This document shows, one piece after another, positions 38,801 through 51,200 of a stretch of 64,000 nt of DNA. Numbering within the stretch: position 1 is the stretch's first letter; each line of letters starts with the position of its first letter. The DNA lies in the NCBI GenBank assembly GCA_051313645.2, contig JBNRSN020000015.1, forward strand, positions 2,356,001 to 2,420,000. Reading direction: 5' to 3'. Below the pieces are notes generated by a model. The model had not been told where the DNA came from. It saw only the letters and a program-made list of their open reading frames with translations, and ran no database searches. The stretch comes from Centroscyllium fabricii (Eukaryota). The position numbers and the translations under genes are program-made.

Positions 38801-41288
38801 GAGGTTTGATGACGTGAGGTTTGATGATGTGAGGTTTGATGGCGTGACATTTGATGACGTGAGGTTTGATCTCGTGGTTTGATGGCGTGAGGTTTGATGA
38901 CATGTGGTTTGATGGCATGAAGTTTGATGATGTGAGGTTTGATGGTGTGAGGTTTGATTATGTCAGGTTTGATATCGTGAGGTCTGATGTCATGATGTTT
39001 GATGGCGTGAAATTTGATGGCGTGAGGTTTGATGGAGTGTGGTTTTTTGGCATGTTCTTTGATGGCATGAGCTTTGATGGCATGAGTTTTGATCGCGTGA
39101 GGTTTGATGGCGTGAGATTGTATGGCCTGAGTTTGTATGGCCTGACGTTTGCAGGCGTGAGATTTGATGGCATGAGGTTTGATGGCGTGAGGTTTGATGG
39201 CGTGAGGTTTGATGGCGTGAGGTTTGATGGCGTGAGGTTTGATGGCTTGATATTTGGCGGCGTGAGGTTTGGTGGCGTGAGGTTTGATGGCGTGTGGTTT
39301 GGTTGCGTGCCATTTGATTGACTGAGGTTTGATGTCATGAAGTTTAATGGCATGATGTTTGCTGGCGAGAAATTTAATGGTGTGAGGTTTAATGATGTGA
39401 GGGTTGATGGCGTGAGGTTTGATGATGTGAGGTTTGGTGGCGTGTGGTTTGATGGGGTGTGGTTTGATGGCATGTGATTTGGTCGCGTGAGGTTTGATGG
39501 CATGAGGTTTGGTATCGTGAGGCTTGTGGGCATGAGGTTTGGTGTCTTCAGGTTTGATGGTGTGCAGTTTGAGGGCGTGAGGTTTGATGGTGTGAGGTTT
39601 GAGGGCGTGAGATTTGATGGCGTGATGTTTGATCATGTTATTTGATTGTGTGAGGTTTGATGACGTGCGGTTTTATGACATGCGGTTTGATCGCGAGGTT
39701 TGATGGCGTGAGGTTTGATGACGTGAGGTTTGATGACGTGAGGTTTGATAACGTGAGGTTTGATGACGTGAGATTTGATCTCGTGGTTTGATGGCGTGAG
39801 ATTTGATGACATGTGTTTTGGTGGCATGAGGTTTGATGGCATGAGATTTGATGACATGAAGTTTAATGGCGTGAGGTTTGATGGCGTGAGGTTTGATGGC
39901 GTGAGGTTTGATGGCGTGATGTTTGAATGTATGAGGTTTGATGGCGTGAAGTTTGATGGTGTGAGGTTTGATGGCGTGAGGTTTGATGGCGTGAGGTTTG
40001 ATGGCGTGAGGTTTGATGGCGTGAGGTTTGATGACGTGAGGTTTGATGACGTGAGGTGTGATGATGTGAGGTTTGATGATGTGAGGTTTGAGGACGTGAG
40101 GTTTGAGGATGTGAGGTTTGATGGCGTGAGGTTTGATGACGTGAGGTTTGATGACGTGAGGTTTGATAACATGAGGTTTGATGACGTGAGATTTGATCTC
40201 GTGGTTTGATGGCGTGAGATTTGATGACATGTGTTTTGATGGCATGAGGTTTGATGGCATGAGGTTTGATGACATGAAGTTTAATGGCGTGAGGTTTGAT
40301 GGCATGAGGTTTGATGGCGTGAGGTTTGATGGCGTGAGGTTTGATGGCGTGAGGTTGGATGGTCTGAGGTTTGATGGCGTGAAGTTTGATGGTGTGAGGT
40401 TTGATGGCGTGAGGTTTGATGGCGTGAGGTTTGATGGCGTGAGGTTTGATGGCGTGAGGTATGATGATGTGACGTTTGATGGTGTGAGGTTTGATGACGG
40501 GATGTTTGCTGACATGAGGTTTGATGGCATGAGGTTTGATGACGTGGGGTTTGATGGTGTGAGTTTTGAGGACGTGACGATTGATTGCCTGAGGTTTGAT
40601 GAGGTGAGGTTTCATCGCGTGGTTTGATGGCGTGTGATTTGATGACATGAGGATTGATGGCGTGAGGTTTGATGGCGTGAGGTTTGATGGCATGACAATT
40701 GATGACGTGAGATTTGATGGCATGGGGTTTGATGGCGTGATGTTTGATCGTGTGAGGTTTGATGACGTGAGATTTGATGACCTGAGGTTTGATGGCGTGT
40801 GGTTTGATGACGTGAGGTTTGATGGCGGGAGGTTTGATGGCGTAAAGGTTGATGACATGAGGTTAGATGACGTGAGGTTTGATGACGTGCGGTTTTACGA
40901 CATGCGGTTTGATCGCGAGCTTTGATGGCGTGAGGTTTGATGACGTGAGGTTTGATGACGAGAGGTTTGTTGACGTTATATTTGATTGCATGAGCTTTGA
41001 TGACGTGAGGTTTGAGGACGTAAGGTTTGATGGTGTGAGGTTTGATGACATGAGGTTTGATGATGCGAGGTTTGAGGACGTGCGGTTTTACGACATGAGG
41101 TTTGATTGCGAGGTTTGATGGCGTGAGGTTTGATGACGTGAGGTTTGATGACGAGAGGTTTGTTGACATTATGTTTGATGGTGTGAGGTTTGATGGCGTG
41201 AGGTATGATGACGTGAGGTTTGATGACGTGAGGTTTTATAACGTGAGTTTTGATGACGTGAGATTTGATCTCGTGGTTTTATGGCGTG
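35861..41288. repeat. 15-bp satellite, more heterogeneous transition zone
   Basis: Same monomer with many private variants. Right-domain landmarks first appear near 39.2 kb. Confidence 0.97.
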
Positions 41289-41368
41289 TGTAAGGGAATG
41301 TGTAACGGAATGTGGTGGGGCCCAAATGCAGAGACACTGAAACGTCCTTCCAAAGCAAACTCCTTTAA

Positions 41369-41384
41369 TATATATATATATATA
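41369..41384. repeat. (TA)8 microsatellite
   Basis: Read directly. It corresponds to a short TATATA in the sister LTR at about 34932. Confidence 0.9.
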
Positions 41385-41599
41385 ACAAAACCCTCATAAA
41401 TTGCATTCACACATAAACAATTCTATTAAACATCTAATCAAGTCTTTGCTGAAGACTGGCACAAGCTTCATACAGTTACAAAATAATAAGATAGAATTAG
41501 AAATCAAGTTCCATTTGGAACTGGTACAATACTTTCCAAAGTTGTGTGGAATAGAGTAGAGGAATGCTACGCAGCCAAGCGCATCATTGACCAAAGGAA

Positions 41600-41950
41600 T
41601 AAATGTCCAAATCCTGAATCCAGGTGGGTAGCAATACTGGATCTCTTCCGAGTCCGCCCTGCAGTCGAGACTCACTCCAACTGAGTCTTCTGAGGAAGAG
41701 AATACCATCCAGAATCCTTGGGACTCCTTGCATACCCTACAGCAATGTCCAAACCTGAGTTCGGTTGATTATGACCAAATGTCCAAGTAGTAGATTCTGA
41801 ACTCTCTTCCGAGTCCGCCGTGCGGTCGAGACTCACTCCCCCGGAGTCTTCTGAGGAAGAGAATACCTGATCCACAAGCAGGGGGACGCCCTTACTCGAC
41901 AGATGAATGTCCAAGCCTGAACTGCAGAATAGCAGAGTGCAATGTCAAGG
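41600..41950. repeat. Two ~161-bp tandem units inside the solo LTR
   Basis: CTCTTCCGAGTCCGCC...GAGACTCACTCC...GAGTCTTCTGAGGAAGAGAATACC at 41643 and 41804. Confidence 0.85.
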
Positions 41951-42286
41951 CTGAGTGATATGAGCTCCAAACCCCATTGCCTCTCGAGCAGCTCAGCACA
42001 GAAACCAACTCCTCCAGCAGTATGAAGAAAGTCCGTCCAATTCAATGAATGTAGCTAATGATCCCGCACCTGCCTCATAGAGACCTCCAGCTTATGAACC
42101 AAACCGGCATAGAGATCATTTGGTGTTTAGCCAATAAGCTGCAGGCAACGAGAACAGGGACACACAGGCAAGTGAACAGCTAATTGATAAGATAATAGAA
42201 CTAACAGGGAAACCAGTCCTCAAAACAGGTGTGGAGCACACAACCAAACTGTTTTGCTATCTTAAAGGGACAGGCACCCTGTGACA

Positions 42287-45200
42287 GCGTGAGATTTGAT
42301 GACATGTGTTTTGAGGGCATGAGGTTTGATGGCATGAGGTTTGATGACATGAAGTTTAATGGCGTGAGGTTTGATGGCGTGAGGTTTGATGGCATGAGGT
42401 TTGATGGCGTGAGGTTTGATGGTATGAGGTTTGATGGCGTGAGGTTTGATGGTGTGAGGTTTGATGGCGTGAGGTTTGATGGCGTGAGGATTGATGGTAT
42501 GAGGTTTGATGGCGTGAGGTTTGATGGTGTGAGGTTTGATGGCGTGAGGTTTGATGGCGTGAGGTTTGATGGTATGAGGTTTGATGGCATGAGGTTTGAT
42601 GGTGTGAGGTTTGATGGCGTGAGGTTTGATGGCATGAGGTTTGATGGCGTGAGGTTTGATGGTATGAGGTTTGATGGCGTGAGGTTTGATGGCGTGAGGT
42701 TTGATGGCATGAGGTTTGATGGCGTGAGGTTTGATGGTGTGAGGTTTGATGGCGTGAGGTTTGATGGCGTGAGGTTTGATGGCTTGATGTTTGCTGGCGT
42801 GAGGTTTGGTGGCGTGAGGTTTGATGGCGTGTGGTTTGGTTGCGTGCCATTTGATTGACTGAGTTTTGATGTCATGAAGTTTAATGGCATGATGTTTGCT
42901 GGCGTGAAATTTAATGGTGTGAGGTTTAATGATGTGAGGGTTGGTGGCGTGTTGTTTGATGGCGTGTGGTTTGATGGCATGTGATTTGGTCGCGTGAGGT
43001 TTGATGGCATGAGGTTTGGTATCGTGAGGCTTGTGGGCATGAGGTTTGGTGTCTTCAGGTTTGATGGTGTGCAGTTTGAGGGCGTGAGGTTTGATGGTGT
43101 GAGGTTTGAGGGCGTGAGATTCGATGGCGTGATGTTTGATCATGGTATTTGATTGTGTGAGGTTTGATGACGTGCGGTTTTACGACATGCGGTTTGATCG
43201 CGAGGTTTGATGGCGTGAGGTTTGATGACGTGAGGTTTGATGACATGAGGTTTGATAACGTGAGGTTTGATGACGTGAGATTTGATCTCGTGGTTTGATG
43301 GCGTGAGATTTGATGACATGTGTTTTGGTGGCATGAGGTTTGATGGCATGAGGTTTGATGACATGAAGTTTAATGGCGTGAGGTTTGATGGCGTGAGGTT
43401 TGATGGCGTGAGATTTGATGGCATGAGGTTTGATTGTATGAGGTTTGATGGCGTGAGGTTTGATGGTGTGAGGTTTGATGGCGTGAGGTTTGATGGCGTG
43501 AGGTTTGATGGCGTGAGGTTTGATGACGTGAGGTTTGATGACGTGAGGTGTGATGATGTGAGGTTTGATGATGTGAGGTTTGAGGACGTGAGGTTTGAAC
43601 ACGTGAGGTTTGATGGCGTGAGATTTGATGACGTGAGGTTTGATGACGTGAGGTTTGATAACATGAGGTTTGATGATGTGAGATTTGATCTCGTGGTTTG
43701 ATGGCGTGAGATTTGATGACATGTGTTTTGATGGCATGAGGTTTGATGGAATGAGGTTTGATGACATGAAGTTTAATGGCGTGAGGTTTGATGGCGTGAG
43801 GTTTGATGGCGTGAGGTTTGATGGCGTGAGGTTTGATGGCGTGAGTTTGGATGGTATGAGGTTTGATGGCGTGAGGTTTGATGGTGTGAGGTTTGATGGC
43901 GTGAGGTTTGATGGCGTGAGGTTTGATGGCATGAGGTTTGATGGCGTGAGGTTTGATGACGTGAGGTTTGATGACGTGAGGTGTGATGATGTGACGTTTG
44001 ATGGTGTGAGGTTTGATGACGGGAGGTTTGCTGGCATGAGGTTTGATGGCGTGAGGTTTGATGACGTGAGGTTTGATGGTGTGAGTTTTGAGGACGTGAC
44101 GATTGATTGCGTGAGGTTTGATGAGGTGAGGTTTCATCGCGTGGTTTGATGGCGTGTGATTTGACGACATGAGGATTGATGGCGTGAGGTTTGATGGTGT
44201 GAGGTTTGATGGCATGACAATTGATGACGTGAGATTTGATGGCATGGGGTTTGATGGCGTGATGTTTGATCGTGTGAGGTTTGATGACGTGTGATTTGAT
44301 GACCTGAGGTAAATGGCGTGTGGTTTGATGACGTGAGGTTTGATGACGTGAGGTTTGATGGCGGGAGGTTTGATGGCATAAAGGTTGATGACATGAGGTT
44401 AGATGACGTGTGGTTTGATGACGTGCGGTTTTACGACATGCGGTTTGATCGCGAGGTTTGATGGCGTGAGGTTTGATGACGTGAGGTTTGATGACGAGAG
44501 GTTTGTTGACATTATATTTGATTGCATGAGGTTTGATGACGTGAGGTTTGAGGACGTAAGGTTTGATGGTGTGAGGTTTGATGACATGAGGTTTGATGAT
44601 GCGAGGTTTGATGATGTGAGGTTTGTGGACGTGCGGTTTTACGACATGAGGTTTGATTGCGAGGTTTGATGGCGTGAGGTTTGATGACGTGAGGTTTGAT
44701 GACGAGAGGTTTGTTGACATTATGTTTGATGGCGTGAGGTTTGATGTCGTGAGGTTTGATGACGTGAGGTTTGATGACGTGAGGTTTGATAACGTGAGGT
44801 TTGATGACGTGAGATTTGATCTCATGGTTTTATGGCGTGAGATTTGATGACATGTGTTTTGATGGCATGAGGTTTGATGGCATGAGATTTGATGACATGA
44901 AGTTTAATGGCGTGAGGTTTGATGGCGTGAGGTTTGATGACGTGAGGTTTGATAACATGAGATTTGATGACATGAGGTTTGATGACCTGCGGTTTGATGA
45001 CGTGAGGTTTGATGGCATGACAATTGATGACATGAGGTTTGATGGCGTGAGGTTTGATGATGTGAGGTTTGATGGCATGACAATTGATGATGTGAGGTTT
45101 GAAGGCGTGAGGTTTGATGACGTGAGCTTTGATGGCATGACAATTGATGATGTGAGGTTTGATGGCATGACAATTAATGACGTGAGGTTAGATCGTGTGA

Positions 45201-48200
45201 GGTTTGATGACGTGAGATTTGATAGCGTGAGGTTTGATGACCTGAGGTTTGATGACGTGTGGTTTGATGACGTGAGGTTTGATGACGTGAGGTTTGATGA
45301 CGTGAGGTTTGATGGCGTGAGGTTTGATGACGTGATGTTTGATGACGTGAGGTTTGATCTCGTGGTTTGATGCCATGAGATTTGATGACGTGAGGTTCTA
45401 TGGCGTGAGGTTTGATGGCGTGAGGTTTGATGGCATGAGGTTTGATGGCATGAGGTTTGATGGCATGAGTTTTGATGGCATGAGGTTTGATCGCGTGAGG
45501 TTTGATGACGTGAGGTTTGATGACGTGAGGTGTGATGATGTGATGTTTGATGGCGTGAGGTTTGATGACGTGACGTTTGATGACGTGAGGTTTGATGGCA
45601 TGACAATTGATGGCATGAGGTTTGATGTCATGAGGTTTGATGACATGAAGTTTAATGGCGTGAGGTTTGATGGCGTGAAGTTTGATGGCATGAGGTTTGA
45701 TGGCGTGAGGTTTGATGGTATGAGGTTTGGTATCGTGAGGCTTGTGGGCATGAGGTTTGGTGTCTTCAGGTTTGATGGTGTGCAGTTTGAGGGCGTGAGG
45801 TTTGATGGTGTGAGGTTTGAGGGCGTGAGATTTGATGGCGTGATGTTTGATCATGGTATTTGATTGTGTGAGGTTTGATGACGTGCGGTTTTACGACATG
45901 CGGTTTGATCGCGAGGTTTGATGGCGTGAGGTTTGATGACGTGAGGTTTGATTGTGTGAGGTTTGATGGCGTGAGGTTTGATGGCGTGAGGTTTGATGGT
46001 ATGAGGTTTGATGGCATGAGGTTTGATGGTGTGTGGTTTGATGGCGTGAGGTTTGATGGCATGAGGTTTGATTGCGTGAGGTTTGATGGCATGAGGTTTG
46101 ATGGCGTGAGGTTTGATGGCGTGAGGTTTGATGGCATGAGGTTTGATGGCGTGAGGTTTGATGGCGTGAGTGTTTGATGGCGTGAGGTTTGATGGCGTGA
46201 GGTTTGATGGCTTGATGTTTGCTGGCGTGAGGTTTGGTGGCGTGAGGTTTGATGGTGTGTGGTTTGGTTGCATGCCATTTGATTGACTGAGGTTTGATGT
46301 CATGAAGTTTAATGGCATGATGTTTGCTGGCGTGAAATTTAATGGTGTGAGGTTTAATGATGTGAGGGTTGATGGCGTGAGGTTTGATGATGTGAGGTTT
46401 GGTGGCGTGTTGTTTGATGGCGTGTGGTTTGATGGCATGTGATTTGGTCGCGTGAGGTTTGATGGCATGAGGTTTGGTATCGTGAGGCTTGTGGGCATGA
46501 GGTTTGGTGTCTTCAGGTTTGATGGTGTGCAGTTTGAGGGCGTGAGGTTTGATGGTGTGAGGTTTGAGGGCGTGAGATTTGATGGCGTGATGTTTGATCA
46601 TGTTATTTGATTGTGTGAGGTTTGATGACGTGCGGTTTTACGACATGCGGTTTGATCGCGAGGTTTGATGGCGTGAGGTTTGATGACGTGAGGTTTGATG
46701 ACATGAGGTTTGATAACGTGAGGTTTGATGACGTGAGATTTGATCTCGTGGTTTGATGGCGTGAGATTTGATGACATGTGTTTTGGTGGCATGAGGTTTG
46801 ATGGCATGAGGTTTGATGACATGAAGTTTAATGGCGTGAGGTTTGATGGCGTGAGGTTTGATGGCGTGAGATTTGATGGCATGAGGTTTGATTGTATGAG
46901 GTTTGATGGCGTGAGGTTTGATGGTGTGAGGTTTGATGGCGTGAGGTTTGATGGCGTGAGGTTTGATGGCGTGAGGTTTGATGGCGTGAGGTTTGATGAC
47001 GTGAGGTTTGATGACGTGAGGTGTGATGATGTGAGGTTTGATGATGTGAGGTTTGAGGACGTGAGGTTTGAACACGTGAGGTTTGATGGCGTGAGATTTG
47101 ATGACGTGAGGTTTGATGACGTGAGGTTTGATAACATGAGGTTTGATGACGTGAGATTTGATCTCGTGGTTTGATGGCGTGAGATTTGATGACATGTGTT
47201 TTGATGGCATGAGGTTTGATGGAATGAGGTTTGATGACATGAAGTTTAATGGCGTGAGGTTTGATGGCGTGAGGTTTGATGGTGTGAGGTTTGATGGCGT
47301 GAGGTTTGATGGCGTGAGTTTGGATGGTATGAGGTTTGATGGCGTGAGGTTTGATGGTGTGAGGTTTGATGGCGTGAGGTTTGATGGCGTGAGGTTTGAT
47401 GACGTGAGGTTTGATGACGTGAGGTGTGATGATGTGATGTTTGATGGTGTGATGTTTGATGACAGGAGGTTTGCTGGCATGAGGTTTGATGGCGTGAGGT
47501 TTGATGACGTGAGGTTTGATGACGTGAGGTGTGATGATGTGAGGTTTGATGATGTGAGGTTTGAGGACGTGAGGTTTGAACACGTGAGGTTTGATGGCGT
47601 GAGATTTGATGACGTGAGGTTTGATGACGTGAGGTTTGATAACATGAGGTTTGATGACGTGAGATTTGATCTCGTGGTTTGATGGCGTGAGATTTGATGA
47701 CATGTGTTTTGATGGCATGAGGTTTGATGGAATGAGGTTTGATGACATGAAGTTTAATGGCGTGAGGTTTGATGGCGTGAGGTTTGATGGCGTGAGGTTT
47801 GATGGCGTGAGGTTTGATGGTGTGAGGTTTGATGGCGTGAGGTTTGATGGCGTGAGGTTTGATGGCGTGAGGTTTGATGGCGTGAGGTTTGATGACGTGA
47901 GGTTTGATGACGTGAGGTGTGATGATGTGATGTTTGATGGTGTGATGTTTGATGACAGGAGGTTTGCTGGCATGAGGTTTGATGGCGTGAGGTTTGATGA
48001 CGTGAGGTTTGATGACGTGAGGTGTGATGATGTGAGGTTTGATGATGTGAGGTTTGAGGACGTGAGGTTTGAACACGTGAGGTTTGATGGCGTGAGATTT
48101 GATGACGTGAGGTTTGATGACGTGAGGTTTGATAACATGAGGTTTGATGACGTGAGATTTGATCTCGTGGTTTGATGGCGTGAGATTTGATGACATGTGT

Positions 48201-51200
48201 TTTGATGGCATGAGGTTTGATGGAATGAGGTTTGATGACATGAAGTTTAATGGCGTGAGGTTTGATGGCGTGAGGTTTGATGGCGTGAGGTTTGATGGCG
48301 TGAGGTTTGATGGCGTGAGTTTGGATGGTATGAGGTTTGATGGCGTGAGGTTTGATGGTGTGAGGTTTGATGGCGTGAGGTTTGATGGCGTGAGGTTTGA
48401 TGGCGTGAGGTTTGATGGCGTGAGGTTTGATGACGTGAGGTTTGATGACGTGAGGTGTGATGATGTGATGTTTGATGGTGTGATGTTTGATGACAGGAGG
48501 TTTGCTGGCATGAGGTTTGATGGCGTGAGGTTTGATGACGTGAGGTTTGATGGTGTGAGTTTTGAGGACGTGACGATTGATTGCGTGAGGTTTGATGAGG
48601 TGAGGTTTCATCGCGTGGTTTGATGGCGTGTGATTTGACGACATGAGGATTGATGGCATGAGGTTTGATGGTGTGAGGTTTGATGGCATGACAATTGATG
48701 ACGTGAGATTTGATGGCATGGGGTTTGATGGCATGATGTTTGATCGTGTGAGGTTTGATGACGTGTGATTTGATGACCTGAGGTAAATGGCGTGTGGTTT
48801 GATGACGTGAGGTTTGATGGCGTAAAGGTTGATGACATGAGGTTAGATGACGTGTGGTTTGATGACGTGCGGTTTTACGACATGCGGTTTGATCGCGAGG
48901 TTTGATGGCGTGAGGTTTGATGACGTGAGGTTTGATGACGAGAGGTTTGTTGACATTATATTTGATTGCATGAGGTTTGATGACGTGAGGTTTGAGGACG
49001 TAAGGTTTGATGGTGTGAGGTTTGATGACATGAGGTTTGATGATGCGAGGTTTGATGATATGAGGTTTGAGGACGTGCGGTTTTACGACATGAGGTTTGA
49101 TTGCGAGGTTTGATGGCGTGAGGTTTGATGGCGTGAGGTTTGATGGCATGAGGTTTGATGGCGTGAGGTTTGATGGCGTGAGTGCTTGATGGCGTGAGGT
49201 TTGATGGCGTGAGGTTTGATGGCTTGATGTTTGCTGGCGTGAGGTTTGGTGGCGTGAGGTTTGATGGTGTGTGGTTTGGTTGCATGCCATTTGATTGACT
49301 GAGGTTTGATGTCATGAAGTTTAATGGCATGATGTTTGCTGGCGTGAAATTTAATGGTGTGAGGTTTAATGATGTGAGGGTTGATGGCGTGAGGTTTGAT
49401 GATGTGAGGTTTGGTGGCGTGTTGTTTGATGGCGTGTGGTTTGATGGCATGTGATTTGGTCGCGTGAGGTTTGATGGCATGAGGTTTGGTATCGTGAGGC
49501 TTGTGGGCATGAGGTTTGGTGTCTTCAGGTTTGATGGTGTGCAGTTTGAGGGCGTGAGGTTTGATGGTGTGAGGTTTGAGGGCGTGAGATTTGATGGCGT
49601 GATGTTTGATCATGTTATTTGATTGTGTGAGTTTTGATGACGTGCGGTTTTACGACATGCGGTTTGATCGCGAGGTTTGATGGCGTGAGGTTTGATGACG
49701 TGAGGTTTGATGACGAGAGGTTTGTTGACATTATATTTGATTGCATGAGGTTTGATGACGTGAGGTTTGAGGACGTAAGGTTTGATGGTGTGAGGTTTGA
49801 TGACATGAGGTTTGATGATGCGAGGTTTGATGATGTGAGGTTTGAGGACGTGCGGTTTTACGACATGAGGTTTGATTGCGAGGTTTGATGGCGTGAGGTT
49901 TGATGACGTGAGGTTTGATGACGAGAGGTTTGTTGACATTATGTTTGATGGCGTGAGGTTTGATGTCGTGAGGTTTGATGACGTGAGGTTTGATGACGTG
50001 AGGTTTGATAACGTGAGGTTTGATGACGTGAGATTTGATCTCGTCGTTTTATGGCGTGAGATTTGATGACATGTGTTTTGATGGCATGAGGTTTGATGGC
50101 ATGAGATTTGATGACATGAAGTTTAATGGCGTGAGGTTTGATGGCGTGAGGTTTGATGACGTGAGGTTTGATAACATGAGATTTGATGACATGAGGTTTG
50201 ATGACCTGCGGTTTGATGACGTGAGGTTTGATGGCATGACAATTGATGACATGAGGTTTGATGGCGTGAGGTTTGATGATGTGAGGTTTGATGGCATGAC
50301 AATTGATGATGTGAGGTTTGAAGGCGTGAGGTTTGATGACGTGAGCTTTGATGGCATGACAATTGATGATGTGAGGTTTGATGGCATGACAATTAATGAC
50401 GTGAGGATAGATCGTGTGAGGTTTGATGACGTGAGATTTGATAGCGTGAGGTTTGATGACCTGAGGTTTGATGACGTGTGGTTTGATGACGTGAGGTTTG
50501 ATGACGTGAGGTTTGATGACGTGAGGTTTGATGGCGTGAGGTTTGATGACGTGACGTTTGATGACGTGAGGTTTGATCTCGTGGTTTGATGCCATGAGAT
50601 TTGATGACGTGAGGTTCTATGGCGTGAGGTTTGATGGCGTGAGGTTTGATGGCATGAGGTTTGATGGCATGAGGTTTGATGGCATGAGTTTTGATGGCAT
50701 GAGGTTTGATCGCGTGAGGTTTGATGACGTGAGGTTTGATGACGTGAGGTGTGATGATGTGATGTTTGATGGCGTGAGGTTTGATGACGTGATGTTTGAT
50801 GACGTGAGGATTGATGGCATGACAATTGATGGCATGAGGTTTGATGTCATGAGGTTTGATGACATGAAGTTTAATGGTGTGAGGTTTGATGGCGTGAGGT
50901 TTGATGGCATGAGGTTTGATGGCGTGAGGTTTGATGGTATGAGGTTTGGTATCGTGAGGCTTGTGGGCATGAGGTTTGGTGTCTTTAGGTTTGATGGTGT
51001 GCAGTTTGAGGGCGTGAGGTTTGATGGTGTGAGGTTTGAGGGCGTGAGATTTGATGGCGTGATGTTTGATCATGGTATTTGATTGTGTGAGGTTTGATGA
51101 CGTGCGGTTTTACGACATGCGGTTTGATCGCGAGGTTTGATGGCGTGAGGTTTGATGACGTGAGGTTTGATGGTGTGAGGTTTGATGGCGTGAGGTTTGA

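Larger units (their letters stand above)
41289..42286 (-). mobile_element. ~1-kb solo LTR (998 bp), related to 34865-35860
   Basis: TGTAA...GTGACA termini and 5-bp TSD GCGTG (41284-41288 and 42287-42291). Shares GGGGCCCAAATGCA, AAGTTCC..GAACTGGTACAA, AAACCCATTGCCTCTC and CTTAAAGGG...TGTGACA with the first solo LTR. Confidence 0.88.

Noticed and set aside
35062-42045. Short ORFs in the 1-kb inserts sharing an SSEDS-GVS motif
   Set aside because: The shared peptide is just the translated internal DNA repeat. ORF starts, lengths and frames are not conserved between copies.
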